IMG/VR virus record: IMGVR_UViG_3300045988_171725
Span: 64,001 to 128,000 of that record
DNA length: 64,000 nucleotides
Source of the DNA: a virus
Direction: 5' to 3' (one strand)
Part shown: positions 11,251 to 21,857 of the stretch, piece after piece
Layout of the letters: the number at the start of each line of letters is the position of its first letter
Numbering within the stretch: position 1 is the stretch's first letter
Notes under the pieces: generated by a model
Told to the model about the DNA's origin: nothing
Databases searched by the model: none
Seen by the model: only the letters and a program-made list of their open reading frames with translations
Translations under genes and position numbers: made by a program

Positions 11251-12688
11251 AGGATGACGTATGCCAGAAATTATGGAAACATAATTTGTTAAGCACTATA
11301 AATAAATAACAAGGAAGATTGCTATATCGGTGAAGTTCTGGGGACAGATAATACCGAGGAAAGATTAAATATTAATAGTGAATAAGTAAATAACAAGGAG
11401 GTGATTTTCATGAAATGGGAGCAGTGGCAGATAGATTATCTTAAAGAAAATTGGGATAAATATTTAGATAAAGATTTGATGAAATATTTGGGCGTTAGCC
11501 CAGATTGTTTCTATGCTAAAAAGCGAGAATTAGGGTGCCTCCGATTCAAATGGACAGAGGAAAAGATAGAATTGTTAAAGAAGTATTATCCGATCGCTTC
11601 TTGGGAAGAGCTATTTCAAATTTTAGGTTGTAATAAAAGATCTTCGATAACTTCTATGGCTCACTTAAATGGTATAAGCCGAGATGTTTATAATAACAAC
11701 AAATTATCAAACTCCGACAAAGAATTTGTCAAAAACAACCACATGAATATGTCTGTTCATGAAATGTCTGACGTTATTGGTAAAAGAGCTGAATATATAT
11801 CAAACTATGCACGTAATAATCATATAAGAGTTTATTTTGGGCACGAGATAAGACCGTGGGACGAAGAATTATTCATTGAATTATATCCAAAATATACAAA
11901 CAAATATTTACATGAAAAATATTTTCCGTATTTAAGTAGGGCACAATTGCGTTCGCAAGCTAAAAAATATGGATTGGTTAAAAATAAAGAGAAAAGTGTT
12001 AAATGGTTTGATAAAGAGCAACTTTTAGAAGATTTAGAAAAGGCTACAAGAGAGCTGGGAAGAGTCCCTTTGTTAATCGAGTTTCAATCGCTCGGCTTAC
12101 CAACTGAAGCGACATACAGAAGATATTTTGGGTCTGTAACGAAAGCATTTGAGCTTATAGGAATAAAAAGACCATGCTATGTTCATGGTCAATGCCATAA
12201 GTTAATGGTATATAGAGATAAAAATGATAATTTTTGTCTATCTATGTCGGAAGTAATTATAAGTAACATTCTAATAGATTTCGGCATAACATTTGAAAAA
12301 GAAGTCCCTTATAAAAATTTTGTTGACGACGAGGATATTGGCGAAAAGATTAGCGATTGGAAGATTGGTAATAAAATAATCGAATATTTTGGAATGGTAG
12401 ATTATAAAGATTATAATGATGGTATGAATTTAAAAATCGAAATTTGCAAAAGACACAATATTTCATTATTAGCATTATATCCTGAAGATCAAAAAGATAT
12501 CGATAAGATGAAACAAAAGATAAAAGAATTTATTAATATTTAAAATCCGTAGAGACTATACGCAGTCAACCGTATAAGGTTAAGATATAGTCCGACCTGC
12601 ACGTATAATCCAATTAAAAAGAAGGTGCAGAAATAGCCAGAAATGGTTATTCGCCTGTATTATTACAGGTATGAAAAGTAACAAAAAG
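11251..12688 (+). mobile_element. group I intron 2 in the TMP gene (HEG located 5' of Q-R-S)
   Basis: P1 pairs CTGGT 11246-11250 with GCCAG 11263-11267, giving a U11250-G wobble at the splice site. Q AATCCGTAG 12544-12552, R AGAGACTATACG 12551-12562, S AAGATATAGTCC 12582-12593 (P7 is GACTATA/TATAGTC). The intron ends in G12688 and is in frame. Confidence 0.8.
11410..12543 (+). CDS. intron-encoded DNA-binding/endonuclease-type protein (repeated Myb/SANT-like helices plus a homing-endonuclease-associated-repeat-like segment)
   Basis: AAGGAGG then ATG 11410. There are four W/F-x-EE...L...YP-type repeats. LLEDLEKATRELGRVPLLIEFQSLGLPTEATYRRYFGSVTKAFELIGI resembles the repeat found in HNH-type homing enzymes. 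No catalytic motif was identified. Confidence 0.5.
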   Translation: MKWEQWQIDYLKENWDKYLDKDLMKYLGVSPDCFYAKKRELGCLRFKWTEEKIELLKKYYPIASWEELFQILGCNKRSSITSMAHLNGISRDVYNNNKLSNSDKEFVKNNHMNMSVHEMSDVIGKRAEYISNYARNNHIRVYFGHEIRPWDEELFIELYPKYTNKYLHEKYFPYLSRAQLRSQAKKYGLVKNKEKSVKWFDKEQLLEDLEKATRELGRVPLLIEFQSLGLPTEATYRRYFGSVTKAFELIGIKRPCYVHGQCHKLMVYRDKNDNFCLSMSEVIISNILIDFGITFEKEVPYKNFVDDEDIGEKISDWKIGNKIIEYFGMVDYKDYNDGMNLKIEICKRHNISLLALYPEDQKDIDKMKQKIKEFINI

Positions 12689-15421
12689 GTACGTCAACGT
12701 GAATCATTCAATATATTATTAAGCAACTGGGATCGTGTAAAGGAACTCACTGAAGAATCCGCTAACGCCGCAGGAACTGCCGACGAGAAGTATTCCGCTT
12801 ATATGGACTCCATGGAGGCGGCGACGAAGCGGCTTCAAAACGCGTGGGAAGGATTTACTCAATCGCTTGAAACAAGCACGGTAATGAAATTCCTCACGAA
12901 TTCAGTCGCGCTTTTGGTCGAGAATGCCGACAAACTCAAATATATAATAACCGTGTTTGCAGCTGCGAGTTCAGCAAAAATTTTTGACTTCTTTACCAGC
13001 AAAGGCGAAACAGGCGGGTTTAAAGGTTTAATCGCCAACATCCCGTTTATAGGCAGAGGAACGAAAACTAACAATATACTCGAAAGTATTGACAAAAAAG
13101 TCGGAGATATTCGAGGAGAGGTTCAGAAAGACAAAAGTGGAATTACTAAAAATGGTAGTCTAATTAGTAAGATTGGGCAATACGCAGCCGATAAACGTAC
13201 TGTAGGAAAAGATCGTAAGTTTATAAAAGATTATGAAAGTGGTAAATTCGATTCTGTAACTGATCCATCAATACAAAACGCTTATTATAAAAGATATTTG
13301 GGTGCCAAACAAAATTTATCATCAGATGATAACGAAGCGTTAAAGCGTTTGCTGGATGCGAAAGCTGCGAGAATGACCGCATTCGCTCAAACAGCAGCCG
13401 TCTCTGGAATTGCTACCTTAGCAACTCAATTAATGACAACGAAGCAAGTTTCTGGTTACGGCCAAACCGTTGAAGAAACTGGTGGTGACAAAGCGTTAAG
13501 AACTGGGCTTGCCACTGCTGGCTCAGTAGCTGGTGCGGCAACCGCCCTTATCCCCGTTATAGGACCTATGATAGCTCCAATCGTTTCTTCTTTGGGCTCA
13601 ATTGCTGGCGAAGGTTTGGCTGGATTAATAGCTAAATGGGCTCATAAAGACGAGCTTCAAATGAAGCAGCGTGTTGCCGAAGCCAAAGAAAATCTTTCTG
13701 CACTTGGCGATATAAAAACCGCTATCGAAAATAACGAGGATTTATTGAACAAAGACTCCTATACATCTAAAGATTACGAAAAGTTAAAATTATACGCCGA
13801 TTCTTTAAGAGAAAAATTCGCTAATAATGAAGATTTAGCTAAATTGTTTTTAGCCGATGTTCATAATCTTGATATTGGAACATTTACGACAATTGAAGAC
13901 GTTCTCTCTCAAATTACTAAGGGGAATGTCGATATCAATAAGCAACTTAAGAGGCAATTAGAGCTCACGACTGCCAGATTAACGGTAGAGAGCACCCTCG
14001 GCAAACAGGAAGAAGATAGAAAAAAAATACAAGAATACGTTGGTAAAAAATATGAATCGGATCGATCTGGTGTAAAAGCAAATTATTTATTTAAAGATCC
14101 AAATGATACATATTATACACGTAGTAATTTATTGGATTTTTATACAAGAGAAGATATTGCTAACCTTCTAAACACTGCAACTTATACTACTAATGGTGTT
14201 ACCTATCAAGGCAAAACATATAGTGGACCTGAAAAAATAGACTATATTCAAATAAAAGGAAACGATATAGAAGAAGTTCTTCAAAATGCGCAAAAAATCC
14301 TTGAAGAGGTAAGAAAAGGTTATTCTGAAACAAATAAAAATCTTGTATCTGAATGGGAAACAATTGTAAATAATTTATCAAAACAATTAGATAACCAGAA
14401 AAAATTAAATGCAAAACTTTTATCTACCCAAGTTGATTATGCTTATTTAACGTCCGATATTTTAAACACTAAGTCTCGTGATGAAATACGTGATCTTGGT
14501 ATGGAAGGCGTTGTTAAGATAATTCGTGACGAACTAATTTCGCAAGGTGTTGGTGTGGTTGATGAGAATGGAGTAATTCATCAAGACGCTTATGATGCCA
14601 TCGTTAAAAAAATACGTTCCGACTCGACTTTGAGTGATTATATAACGAAAGATATTCGCTCGATTGGGGATCTTATTTCTAAAGACGATATACAAGGTAT
14701 TGAATCGTTTGCAAGAGCGTTTGGTTTAACAACCGAGGCGGCGAAAGAGCTTGGTAAGCAGTTCGGATATTTAACTCAATCAATGGGTTTGATGAACGTT
14801 CAAGAGACGACGGAATACTATGAGAAACTGAGTACGGTATTTTCAAATTTAAGTTCGAATGTCGCTTTGACCGCAGGACAGATCAACAGTCTTTTGACGA
14901 CCTCTGAACTCAAAGATTTGCTTCCGTATTTGATGAATCAAGACGACCCTGACGCTTTGATAAAGGAACTTTATAAGAGAATTTACGGCGGCGGGCAGGA
15001 TGTCCATATGGAGAACGCGCTTTATGACGCGACCATGGGAATGTCGACCGATAAATTCAGAGAATACTTGCAAAACAAAGGGTTAAAAGAATATGTTGCT
15101 GAAATCGACAAAGGCGGGTATACCACCTTATCTCAAATTAGAGATGCAGTTAAAGAATTTGATGAGACAGACCCGAGACGCCAAGAGTTTTTGGAATATC
15201 TTGAAACGATAAATTATACTTACTCCAAAGACTTAACAGCTTTAGAGAAGCCGTCTAAGTATATTAAATCTCAACTCGAAGAGCAAATAAATAATCTCCA
15301 AGAGCAAAAAGATGCTTTGTCTCAAATTAATGACGAGAGAGAAAAAGAACTCAATCTAATTAAAGCGAAACAAGCGCTCGAAGACGCTCGGAAAGAAAAG
15401 AGAAGGGTTTATAGACAGGGT
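12689..15421 (+). CDS. tail tape measure protein, exon 3 (911 codons)
   Basis: Begins VRQRESFNILLSNWDRV..., which continues the TMP core after ...SAFAG. It has hydrophobic Gly/Ala-rich segments and a long coiled coil, and ends ...KEKRRVYRQG. Confidence 0.8.
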
Positions 15422-16660
15422 AAACAAATATGCCCTTAAGTAACTATATCGGTTAAAACCTAGAAGTAGGTAAGACCGAGGTAAGATAAATTTTAAAATG
15501 TTAATATGCAATAAAATATAAATAAATTAAAAAAGGAGGTGATGACATGGAAAATAATATTAAAGAAGATTTGATAGCGTTAACCAACGAACAGGCAAAG
15601 AAGATTAATGCTGAAATTATTGAAAGATTTACGGGGAAAGACGGTAAGGCAAAGTTAAAAATACGCTCTTTATCATATCCCGAAAAAGGAGTAAGGGTCG
15701 TTGATCGATATAATTTCTTGCACTCCACTGCCCAATATAGATATTTTAACGCCGTGACTTGTAAAAATGATTTATTGAGACATGAAGAAATAACATCTAG
15801 AATTGATATAATTGGAGATTATATCAACACTGCGACAAAAATTTTATGCAAATGTAAAATTTGTAGCAATGAATGGATGGTAACTCCAAACAAATTATTA
15901 CAAGGTCGTGGATGCCCTAAGTGTGCTTCACAAAAAGCACATCGGGCTTACTCTAAATCACATGAAGAATTTATAAATGAATTAAAAAACGTCAACCCTT
16001 CTATCATGATACTTGATGAATATTATAATAATCGCACTAAAATAAGATACAAGTGTAATATTTGTAATAAAGTATCTATGTCTACTCCTTGTAAATTATT
16101 AAACGGGGAGAGCGGGTGCCATTTTTGTAAAAGCTCGATCGGTGAACAGAAGATATTCTGTTTTTTATTTGCCCACAAAGTACCATTTGAGAGAGAAAAA
16201 TATTTTGAAGATTGTAAAGATAAAGGGAAATTACCTTTTGACTTTTATTTATCTGATTATAATATTTGTATTGAATTTCAAGGTGAACAACATTTCCGTC
16301 CAGTAGACTTTTCATATACTCCAACTGAGGAATCGAAAAATAAAGCCGTTGAAAAATTTAAAGGTATTCAGAAGCGTGATAAAATAAAAGCAGAATATTG
16401 TAAACAGAATGGAATACGTCTTTTAATTATTGATTATAAACAAATAAAAAATATAGAAAGCATATTAACAAAAGAATTAAATTTATCAACCGTAACGACT
16501 GCAGGATCTTTGTGGTAACATAAAGATTGAAGTTACTTCAATATGTTTTAGACATATTGTAATATACAGTCTGAACTCGTAATATAACGAAATGAAATAC
16601 GAGAGTAAGGATTAACGTCCTTGCCGCCACATTTATTGTGGTCATAAAAGTAACAGATTG
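15422..16660 (+). mobile_element. group I intron 3 in the TMP gene (HEG located 5' of R-S)
   Basis: P1 pairs AGGGT 15417-15421 with GCCCT 15432-15436, giving a U15421-G wobble. R ...CAACCGTAACGACTGCAGG 16488-16505 overlaps the HEG stop. S AATATACAGTCTGAAC 16561-16576 (P7 is GACTG/CAGTC). The intron ends in G16660 and is in frame. Confidence 0.8.
15547..16518 (+). CDS. intron-encoded homing endonuclease candidate (2 zinc ribbons plus PD-(D/E)xK-like nuclease)
   Basis: AAGGAGGTG RBS. Contains two CxxC...W..P..LL.G.GCP.C ribbons. The C-terminal GEQKIFCFL...LPFDFYLSDYNICIEFQGEQHF is nearly the same module as the C-terminus of ORF 40006..41595. Confidence 0.65.
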   Translation: MENNIKEDLIALTNEQAKKINAEIIERFTGKDGKAKLKIRSLSYPEKGVRVVDRYNFLHSTAQYRYFNAVTCKNDLLRHEEITSRIDIIGDYINTATKILCKCKICSNEWMVTPNKLLQGRGCPKCASQKAHRAYSKSHEEFINELKNVNPSIMILDEYYNNRTKIRYKCNICNKVSMSTPCKLLNGESGCHFCKSSIGEQKIFCFLFAHKVPFEREKYFEDCKDKGKLPFDFYLSDYNICIEFQGEQHFRPVDFSYTPTEESKNKAVEKFKGIQKRDKIKAEYCKQNGIRLLIIDYKQIKNIESILTKELNLSTVTTAGSLW

Positions 16661-17638
16661 ATTGGCTTCGTTATGGAAAGCAATGAGGAAGCAATTGCCG
16701 AAGCGCAAAAAAATCTCGAAAACTTAAATACTCAAAAACGCCAAGAAAATCTTCAGACGCAGATCGACACGCTTCAGATGCAGAAAGACATTATCGAAGC
16801 TCTTCCAAATCAGGCTCAACTTGAACAAACCAAAAAGATTTGGGAATTGTGGGCAGCGGATAAGGGAACGAAAGGAAGTCTTGCTTCCGTAACCGAAGGC
16901 GTAACGATGTTGGCGGATGCTTATACAAATGCCACAAATCGGATGAATATGCGTGCTAAAACAGAAGGGGTTCTAAATACACCTGATGAAAAGAGCAGTA
17001 TGCAGACATCTGATGAAAATACTAACCCCGTTATCACCCTTAGTGAAACTCAAATAGAATATACCAAAGCCTTAGTTTCTAACGTGGATGATATTAGAAA
17101 TATCTTATTAGGGAAACATACTAAAAACTTCCAAAATATGTTGGATTTCGTGAACAAAAACAACATGTTACAAGGCGATTATGCACGGTGGGGAGAAATG
17201 TTCAGAGCTGCTGGTATATTAAACGAATGGAATTCTTTGTCTGACAAAGAGAAAGAAGCTATTAGAAGCCAAGCAAATACGAGAGCGGGTGGAGACATTT
17301 CCTTCCAAGGCGGTAAAGCTCTTATCAACGAACTTGGAACCGAAGCGGTCATCACACCTGGCGGCACGCTCACCGCGCTTCCTTCGAAGACGGGTATCGT
17401 CCCTGCGGACATAACCCGAAACGTTTGGGCGCTCGGGGAAGTTGCTCCGACGTTGGTCGCACAGCTCGGTTCGCTTACGCAAAAGACGCTTTCTGGCAAC
17501 GCTGGAAACACGACCTACGAAGAGGGTCAATACTTCGACAACTTTACGATGAACGTTTACCCCGCAAAAGGCGACGACTTGAGCAAGATCCTGGAGCAAG
17601 CACGTGCACAAATGCGGCTTACGCGTCATAATAATTAA
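16661..17638 (+). CDS. tail tape measure protein, exon 4 (C-terminal 325 aa)
   Basis: IGFVMESNEEAIAEAQ... follows ...RVYRQG. It has no RBS of its own, and the ORF track only finds a TTG start. Confidence 0.75.
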   Translation: MGFVMESNEEAIAEAQKNLENLNTQKRQENLQTQIDTLQMQKDIIEALPNQAQLEQTKKIWELWAADKGTKGSLASVTEGVTMLADAYTNATNRMNMRAKTEGVLNTPDEKSSMQTSDENTNPVITLSETQIEYTKALVSNVDDIRNILLGKHTKNFQNMLDFVNKNNMLQGDYARWGEMFRAAGILNEWNSLSDKEKEAIRSQANTRAGGDISFQGGKALINELGTEAVITPGGTLTALPSKTGIVPADITRNVWALGEVAPTLVAQLGSLTQKTLSGNAGNTTYEEGQYFDNFTMNVYPAKGDDLSKILEQARAQMRLTRHNN

Positions 17639-17728
17639 CTTGGATTAAATAAAAGGGTAATTTTATTATACGAAAAACGGTCCAACGCGGGTTCGCCCTT
17701 TCCCGCGCGACCAAAACAAGGAGGAATT

Positions 17729-18544
17729 ATGCTATATTTAGATTACGCGAAACCTCTCGCAGACGGTAAATACATTCTCAGCTTCTTCGCTGACAGTGCG
17801 GCTGACTTAGAGAGTATTTCGCACGGACAAAAATTTGTAACGAAAAACGGGACTGATTACGGCGTTCCGCAGGCTGGAAGCACGGTAATCGTAACGTCCC
17901 CGAATTCTGGCAAAACGACTTACGTTATGGACGCGGAAGGCGTTTGGGTAGTCACGGAAGACATCTCGTATTCGGCGGTTGTGGCAAACCCGAGCGACGC
18001 GGCGACGGCGAAATTGGAGAAATTAAAGGTAAATGACACGACTTATGCGAACTGGACTGAAAGCGAGATAAAAGCGTTGGCAGGGAAAGGGGAAGATGGG
18101 GTTGGTGTTACTTCGTTTGAAACTGTCTCGTCTACCGTTGTTGGGGACAATACTAATACTACGGTTCGCGCTCATTACTCGAACAATACCACCGATGAAT
18201 TTGTTGTAACGGCAAAAAACGGAATATCAAAGTCACTTTACTTTCACAAAATTTACATTAGCGACGGTTGGGGGGATAATATAGTTAAAGCGTGTTTTAT
18301 AAATCATAGTGGTAATGAAGTTAGTAAAATTTCGGAAATTGACGCCATTAGTAATATATTATTTAATATTAGATTTCAGCCAGATAATTCAGCGAATACA
18401 GAGTATATAGGTAATTACCTTGATGTCGAAAATGACAAATTTTCAATTGGGTATTTTTTAAATTATCCATTTAGACTCCCTGTGACCAATAAAAAATTCG
18501 CTTTAGGTATTGGCTCAATTAGTGATGAGGTGACTGCCCTCTAA
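17729..18544 (+). CDS. hypothetical tail-tip protein (271 aa)
   Basis: AAGGAGG RBS. It is the first gene after the TMP, the usual position of a distal tail protein. No motif recognised. Confidence 0.4.
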   Translation: MLYLDYAKPLADGKYILSFFADSAADLESISHGQKFVTKNGTDYGVPQAGSTVIVTSPNSGKTTYVMDAEGVWVVTEDISYSAVVANPSDAATAKLEKLKVNDTTYANWTESEIKALAGKGEDGVGVTSFETVSSTVVGDNTNTTVRAHYSNNTTDEFVVTAKNGISKSLYFHKIYISDGWGDNIVKACFINHSGNEVSKISEIDAISNILFNIRFQPDNSANTEYIGNYLDVENDKFSIGYFLNYPFRLPVTNKKFALGIGSISDEVTAL

Positions 18545-18735
18545 TGTTAACTTTATTTTTATCAACTTTATTCGAAATTTAAGATTACTAAATGATATCT
18601 AAATATATTTAAAAACGGTTTTATCGCGTTTCCGTAAAAAAAACGCGTTACCATTACTTTGGGTGTGGCGGGTTGAGAAAACCTCCCGCCCGTTATACTC
18701 AAATATTAAAAAAATAAAAAAGAGGAGGAAAAATT

Positions 18736-21700
18736 ATGGCTATTTATAAACCGAGCAATTGCACACCGTTTTTGACGTGCCTGGATTTGACAAAAGCGCA
18801 GGATATAACTTGTGAGCTTAACACGTCCAACGAATTAGTTACGGGGTATAAAATTAAGATATTAGACAGTAACAATGACGTGATTTTCGAAGGGGCAAAG
18901 TTTGATCCGATAAATCCCGTTGGTTACGATAACAGCGGCTTGAACGGTTCGACGCTTGTGCTGCCTTTGATCGTCGAAGGGAAGGCGATTAACAATAACA
19001 CGATCGGCTATCAAAACGGGGGATATAACGTAAACGACCCGACTGGCACCAAATTCGATGCGACGCGTTTTTCTAACGGCTATATCAATCAACCGTATAA
19101 GTGGGAGATCGTCCTCGAACAAGGAAACACGACAGGCGTTAAAGCAGATAAATTTTATGATATGACTATCACACAAGGAAAAGTTCTCGGTTCGACGAGA
19201 AACCGCATTCAGAGTTATTTATCCGATAACATATATAAGGATTATTTCATTCAGTTAAACAATACTTCGAAGAGAGTGTTGATAAATAGCTATGATCATA
19301 CATACGGGTATTTATACCCGCAGGAAAACAAGTTTACCGATGAAGAGGTTGAAGCGGCGACTTTTTTCCAGATATACAAATTCAGCAACGACCCCGACGT
19401 GATTGCGGCAGGATCGCAAGTTGCATACGCCATCAGTCAATCGATGAACGATGTTGCAATTGGGAGAAAGAAGAGCACGGTGGCATGGGGTAGTAATTTG
19501 GTTTATCCGTATTATTTCGAGCAGGTTTTTGAAGGGTTGTCCCGTTCTTACACGGCGCAAAACGATATTCCAAATTCCGCGTTCGATTCTGAAATGAGCG
19601 GGTTTCTTGTTACTGGAACGAACGTTATGGTTAAAGGAGAAACAGACGCAAACGCTTTTAACGGAATTTTCACATTAAATTCGGTCTCTGAAAAGGAACG
19701 CGACGTCGAAGTTAATGGCGAGACAAAGACACTATACGATCTTACGCTTAAGTGGCTTAGAAGTACGCCTGGTGATACGTGGGCGAATTTAACTAACGCG
19801 GTGTTTTATGTTCAAAACGGAGCCGACCACGGTACAAGGTGGCAGGTAAATACCGACACGCAAACAGTTGGGACAATTAACCAGACGCCCGTTATTTTTA
19901 TCCGCGAGAAACCCGTGGAGATATATACTGACGCAAGCAAAGGGTACAGTTCCGACAAAACAAAAGGGCAAATTTTTAAAAATACAAACAGACAAGTTTA
20001 TATACGTCCTTTTATTGGAATAGAATCTGGAATGCGGTTTAGTTATTTAAAGAAAGGTGAAATTGCTTATAAAAATATAGATGATTTCACAATAGACACA
20101 GAGATGTGGCAATTGAGTGGGAATATCGGTGAAAAATTAAAACCAGATGAAACCCAATATAAAATTTCGTCTTATTTTAAGGGGAGCGATGAAAATCCGT
20201 TTTACGCTTACGCCGAACCAACGGTCTCAATATATTATGATGGAAATCTTTTACCGTCAGATTTACTTAAAAGAATGATTGTAAGCAGAAGAACTGCGAC
20301 TTTTCAGGGCGTTTTTGAACAAATTAATAATAAAACATGGATAAATTATCAATGGTTTATTAATGATTTGTCAGATGGGACGACCGAGCAATCGGATAAA
20401 TTTTACAGTGGTGATTTATCATACACGTTTCAGGGACTCCAAGATAAGCACATTTATCAAGTCGTGTTGGTTGTCGAAGATGAATTTGGCACAAGTCATA
20501 AAACTTATGGCAATATTGAAATAGAAATAGATTTTATTACTGGCACAACCGATTTGACGGTAGAATTGGATTGCCTTACTCAGTCTTATATAATAGACTT
20601 CAATAAGTTAGGTATCGTAATTCCTGATCCTAGTAGCCAAACGCTCAAATATCGTGTTTATAATTCAACAAATACAGGTAAAGAGAATTATACGGTTAAA
20701 GAAGCGGATGAACCCGTTTCAAATTATGAATATTTTAATGTTGAAAATTCATATGATTACGGATATACGATTGATTACCCTGAATCTCAATCGGGAAGAT
20801 ATTTATCTTTATCGGATATAAAAGATGTAAACAAAATGGAGGGGCGTGATTCTTTAATGAAATATGATAAACTTCAAATCATTGGAGAAGAAACAATTGC
20901 CTCTATCCCTTCCCCAACTGGAGATTCATGCACTATGAATTCACAACATAGATTGGGCGCAGGTTTTAATGGAGATATCATAAAATATGAAATAGACGTA
21001 GACGATTCGTTATTTGGTACTGCTAAAGCAATTATAAAAGTATATCTGCCTCCTGTTACGAGAATGGATTCAAACGGAGAAATTGTGGTTTATACTGATG
21101 ACAGTCTAACTTCGTATAGTCAATACGAGGTAAATAGTACCGATGTAATCGGAAGAAAAGATTACACAGTTATAAAAGCTCCGAATTCCGAGGAGTTATT
21201 CTTCGTTAAAGATATCGGCTCCATAGCAAATCGATATAGTATAATAGCCTTATATACTAAAAAATATTCGGAAAATGACGAAATATTACTTGCTTCGAAG
21301 ATTTTAAACTGGGATGAAGAACGTGGAGATGTTAAGATTGTTTCTGCTTGGGTGCCTCAAAATGAAGCAGCTAACGATAGTTATGACTATTTGGATACTG
21401 ATGCAGTTTATGATGTTCTCCCTGAAAATTCAAATTATCGCCATATTAGAGGTGAAGGGGCCTTGAATAGTAAAGGAAAAATCGGTTATGTTTTCAGCGA
21501 AAAAAAAGATAAAGAATATTCTTATTTTAACGATAAAAAAAGAGTTGTTGTAACGCAGGCAAACGGCGAGAAAATAAACGTATTAAATGGTGAGTATAAT
21601 TATTGGAATGATGCTTATTACGATGAAAATGGAAAAAAGAAATATCATTATTGGTTTGATAAAGGAAGCGAGGAAGGTATTTATGAACAAACTAATATCA

Positions 21701-21855
21701 ACAATTCTTCTGAACATACTGGGAGACAGTTTGTTAATGATAAAATTTGGACTTTAAATTTGGGGTTACGTAATTATAATACGACTTTGACCGCCGAAAC
21801 ATTTAATTCGCAAAATGATTTTATATTTAATTTATTTGAAGAGGAGGCGAAGTAA
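18736..21855 (+). CDS. large tail-tip/baseplate structural protein (1039 aa)
   Basis: AGAGGAGG RBS. Assigned from size and position downstream of the TMP. No enzymatic motif seen. Confidence 0.4.
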   Translation: MAIYKPSNCTPFLTCLDLTKAQDITCELNTSNELVTGYKIKILDSNNDVIFEGAKFDPINPVGYDNSGLNGSTLVLPLIVEGKAINNNTIGYQNGGYNVNDPTGTKFDATRFSNGYINQPYKWEIVLEQGNTTGVKADKFYDMTITQGKVLGSTRNRIQSYLSDNIYKDYFIQLNNTSKRVLINSYDHTYGYLYPQENKFTDEEVEAATFFQIYKFSNDPDVIAAGSQVAYAISQSMNDVAIGRKKSTVAWGSNLVYPYYFEQVFEGLSRSYTAQNDIPNSAFDSEMSGFLVTGTNVMVKGETDANAFNGIFTLNSVSEKERDVEVNGETKTLYDLTLKWLRSTPGDTWANLTNAVFYVQNGADHGTRWQVNTDTQTVGTINQTPVIFIREKPVEIYTDASKGYSSDKTKGQIFKNTNRQVYIRPFIGIESGMRFSYLKKGEIAYKNIDDFTIDTEMWQLSGNIGEKLKPDETQYKISSYFKGSDENPFYAYAEPTVSIYYDGNLLPSDLLKRMIVSRRTATFQGVFEQINNKTWINYQWFINDLSDGTTEQSDKFYSGDLSYTFQGLQDKHIYQVVLVVEDEFGTSHKTYGNIEIEIDFITGTTDLTVELDCLTQSYIIDFNKLGIVIPDPSSQTLKYRVYNSTNTGKENYTVKEADEPVSNYEYFNVENSYDYGYTIDYPESQSGRYLSLSDIKDVNKMEGRDSLMKYDKLQIIGEETIASIPSPTGDSCTMNSQHRLGAGFNGDIIKYEIDVDDSLFGTAKAIIKVYLPPVTRMDSNGEIVVYTDDSLTSYSQYEVNSTDVIGRKDYTVIKAPNSEELFFVKDIGSIANRYSIIALYTKKYSENDEILLASKILNWDEERGDVKIVSAWVPQNEAANDSYDYLDTDAVYDVLPENSNYRHIRGEGALNSKGKIGYVFSEKKDKEYSYFNDKKRVVVTQANGEKINVLNGEYNYWNDAYYDENGKKKYHYWFDKGSEEGIYEQTNINNSSEHTGRQFVNDKIWTLNLGLRNYNTTLTAETFNSQNDFIFNLFEEEAK

Positions 21856-21857
21856 TT

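Noticed and set aside
9500-16660. Inteins, or four independent TMP-fragment genes, as the explanation for the split tape measure
   Set aside because: The inserts contain stop codons in the TMP frame, which rules out inteins. Fragments 2-4 lack start codons and RBSs. The inserts carry group I P1 helices and P/Q/R/S core elements.
17669-18690. GC-rich hairpins in the gaps after TMP exon 4 (CGCGGG/CCCGCG near 17677-17698) and before the 1039-aa gene (GGCGGG/CCCGCC 18667-18690) as terminators
   Set aside because: Neither is followed by a T-tract. They may be RNA-stability or processing elements, but I cannot support a specific call.
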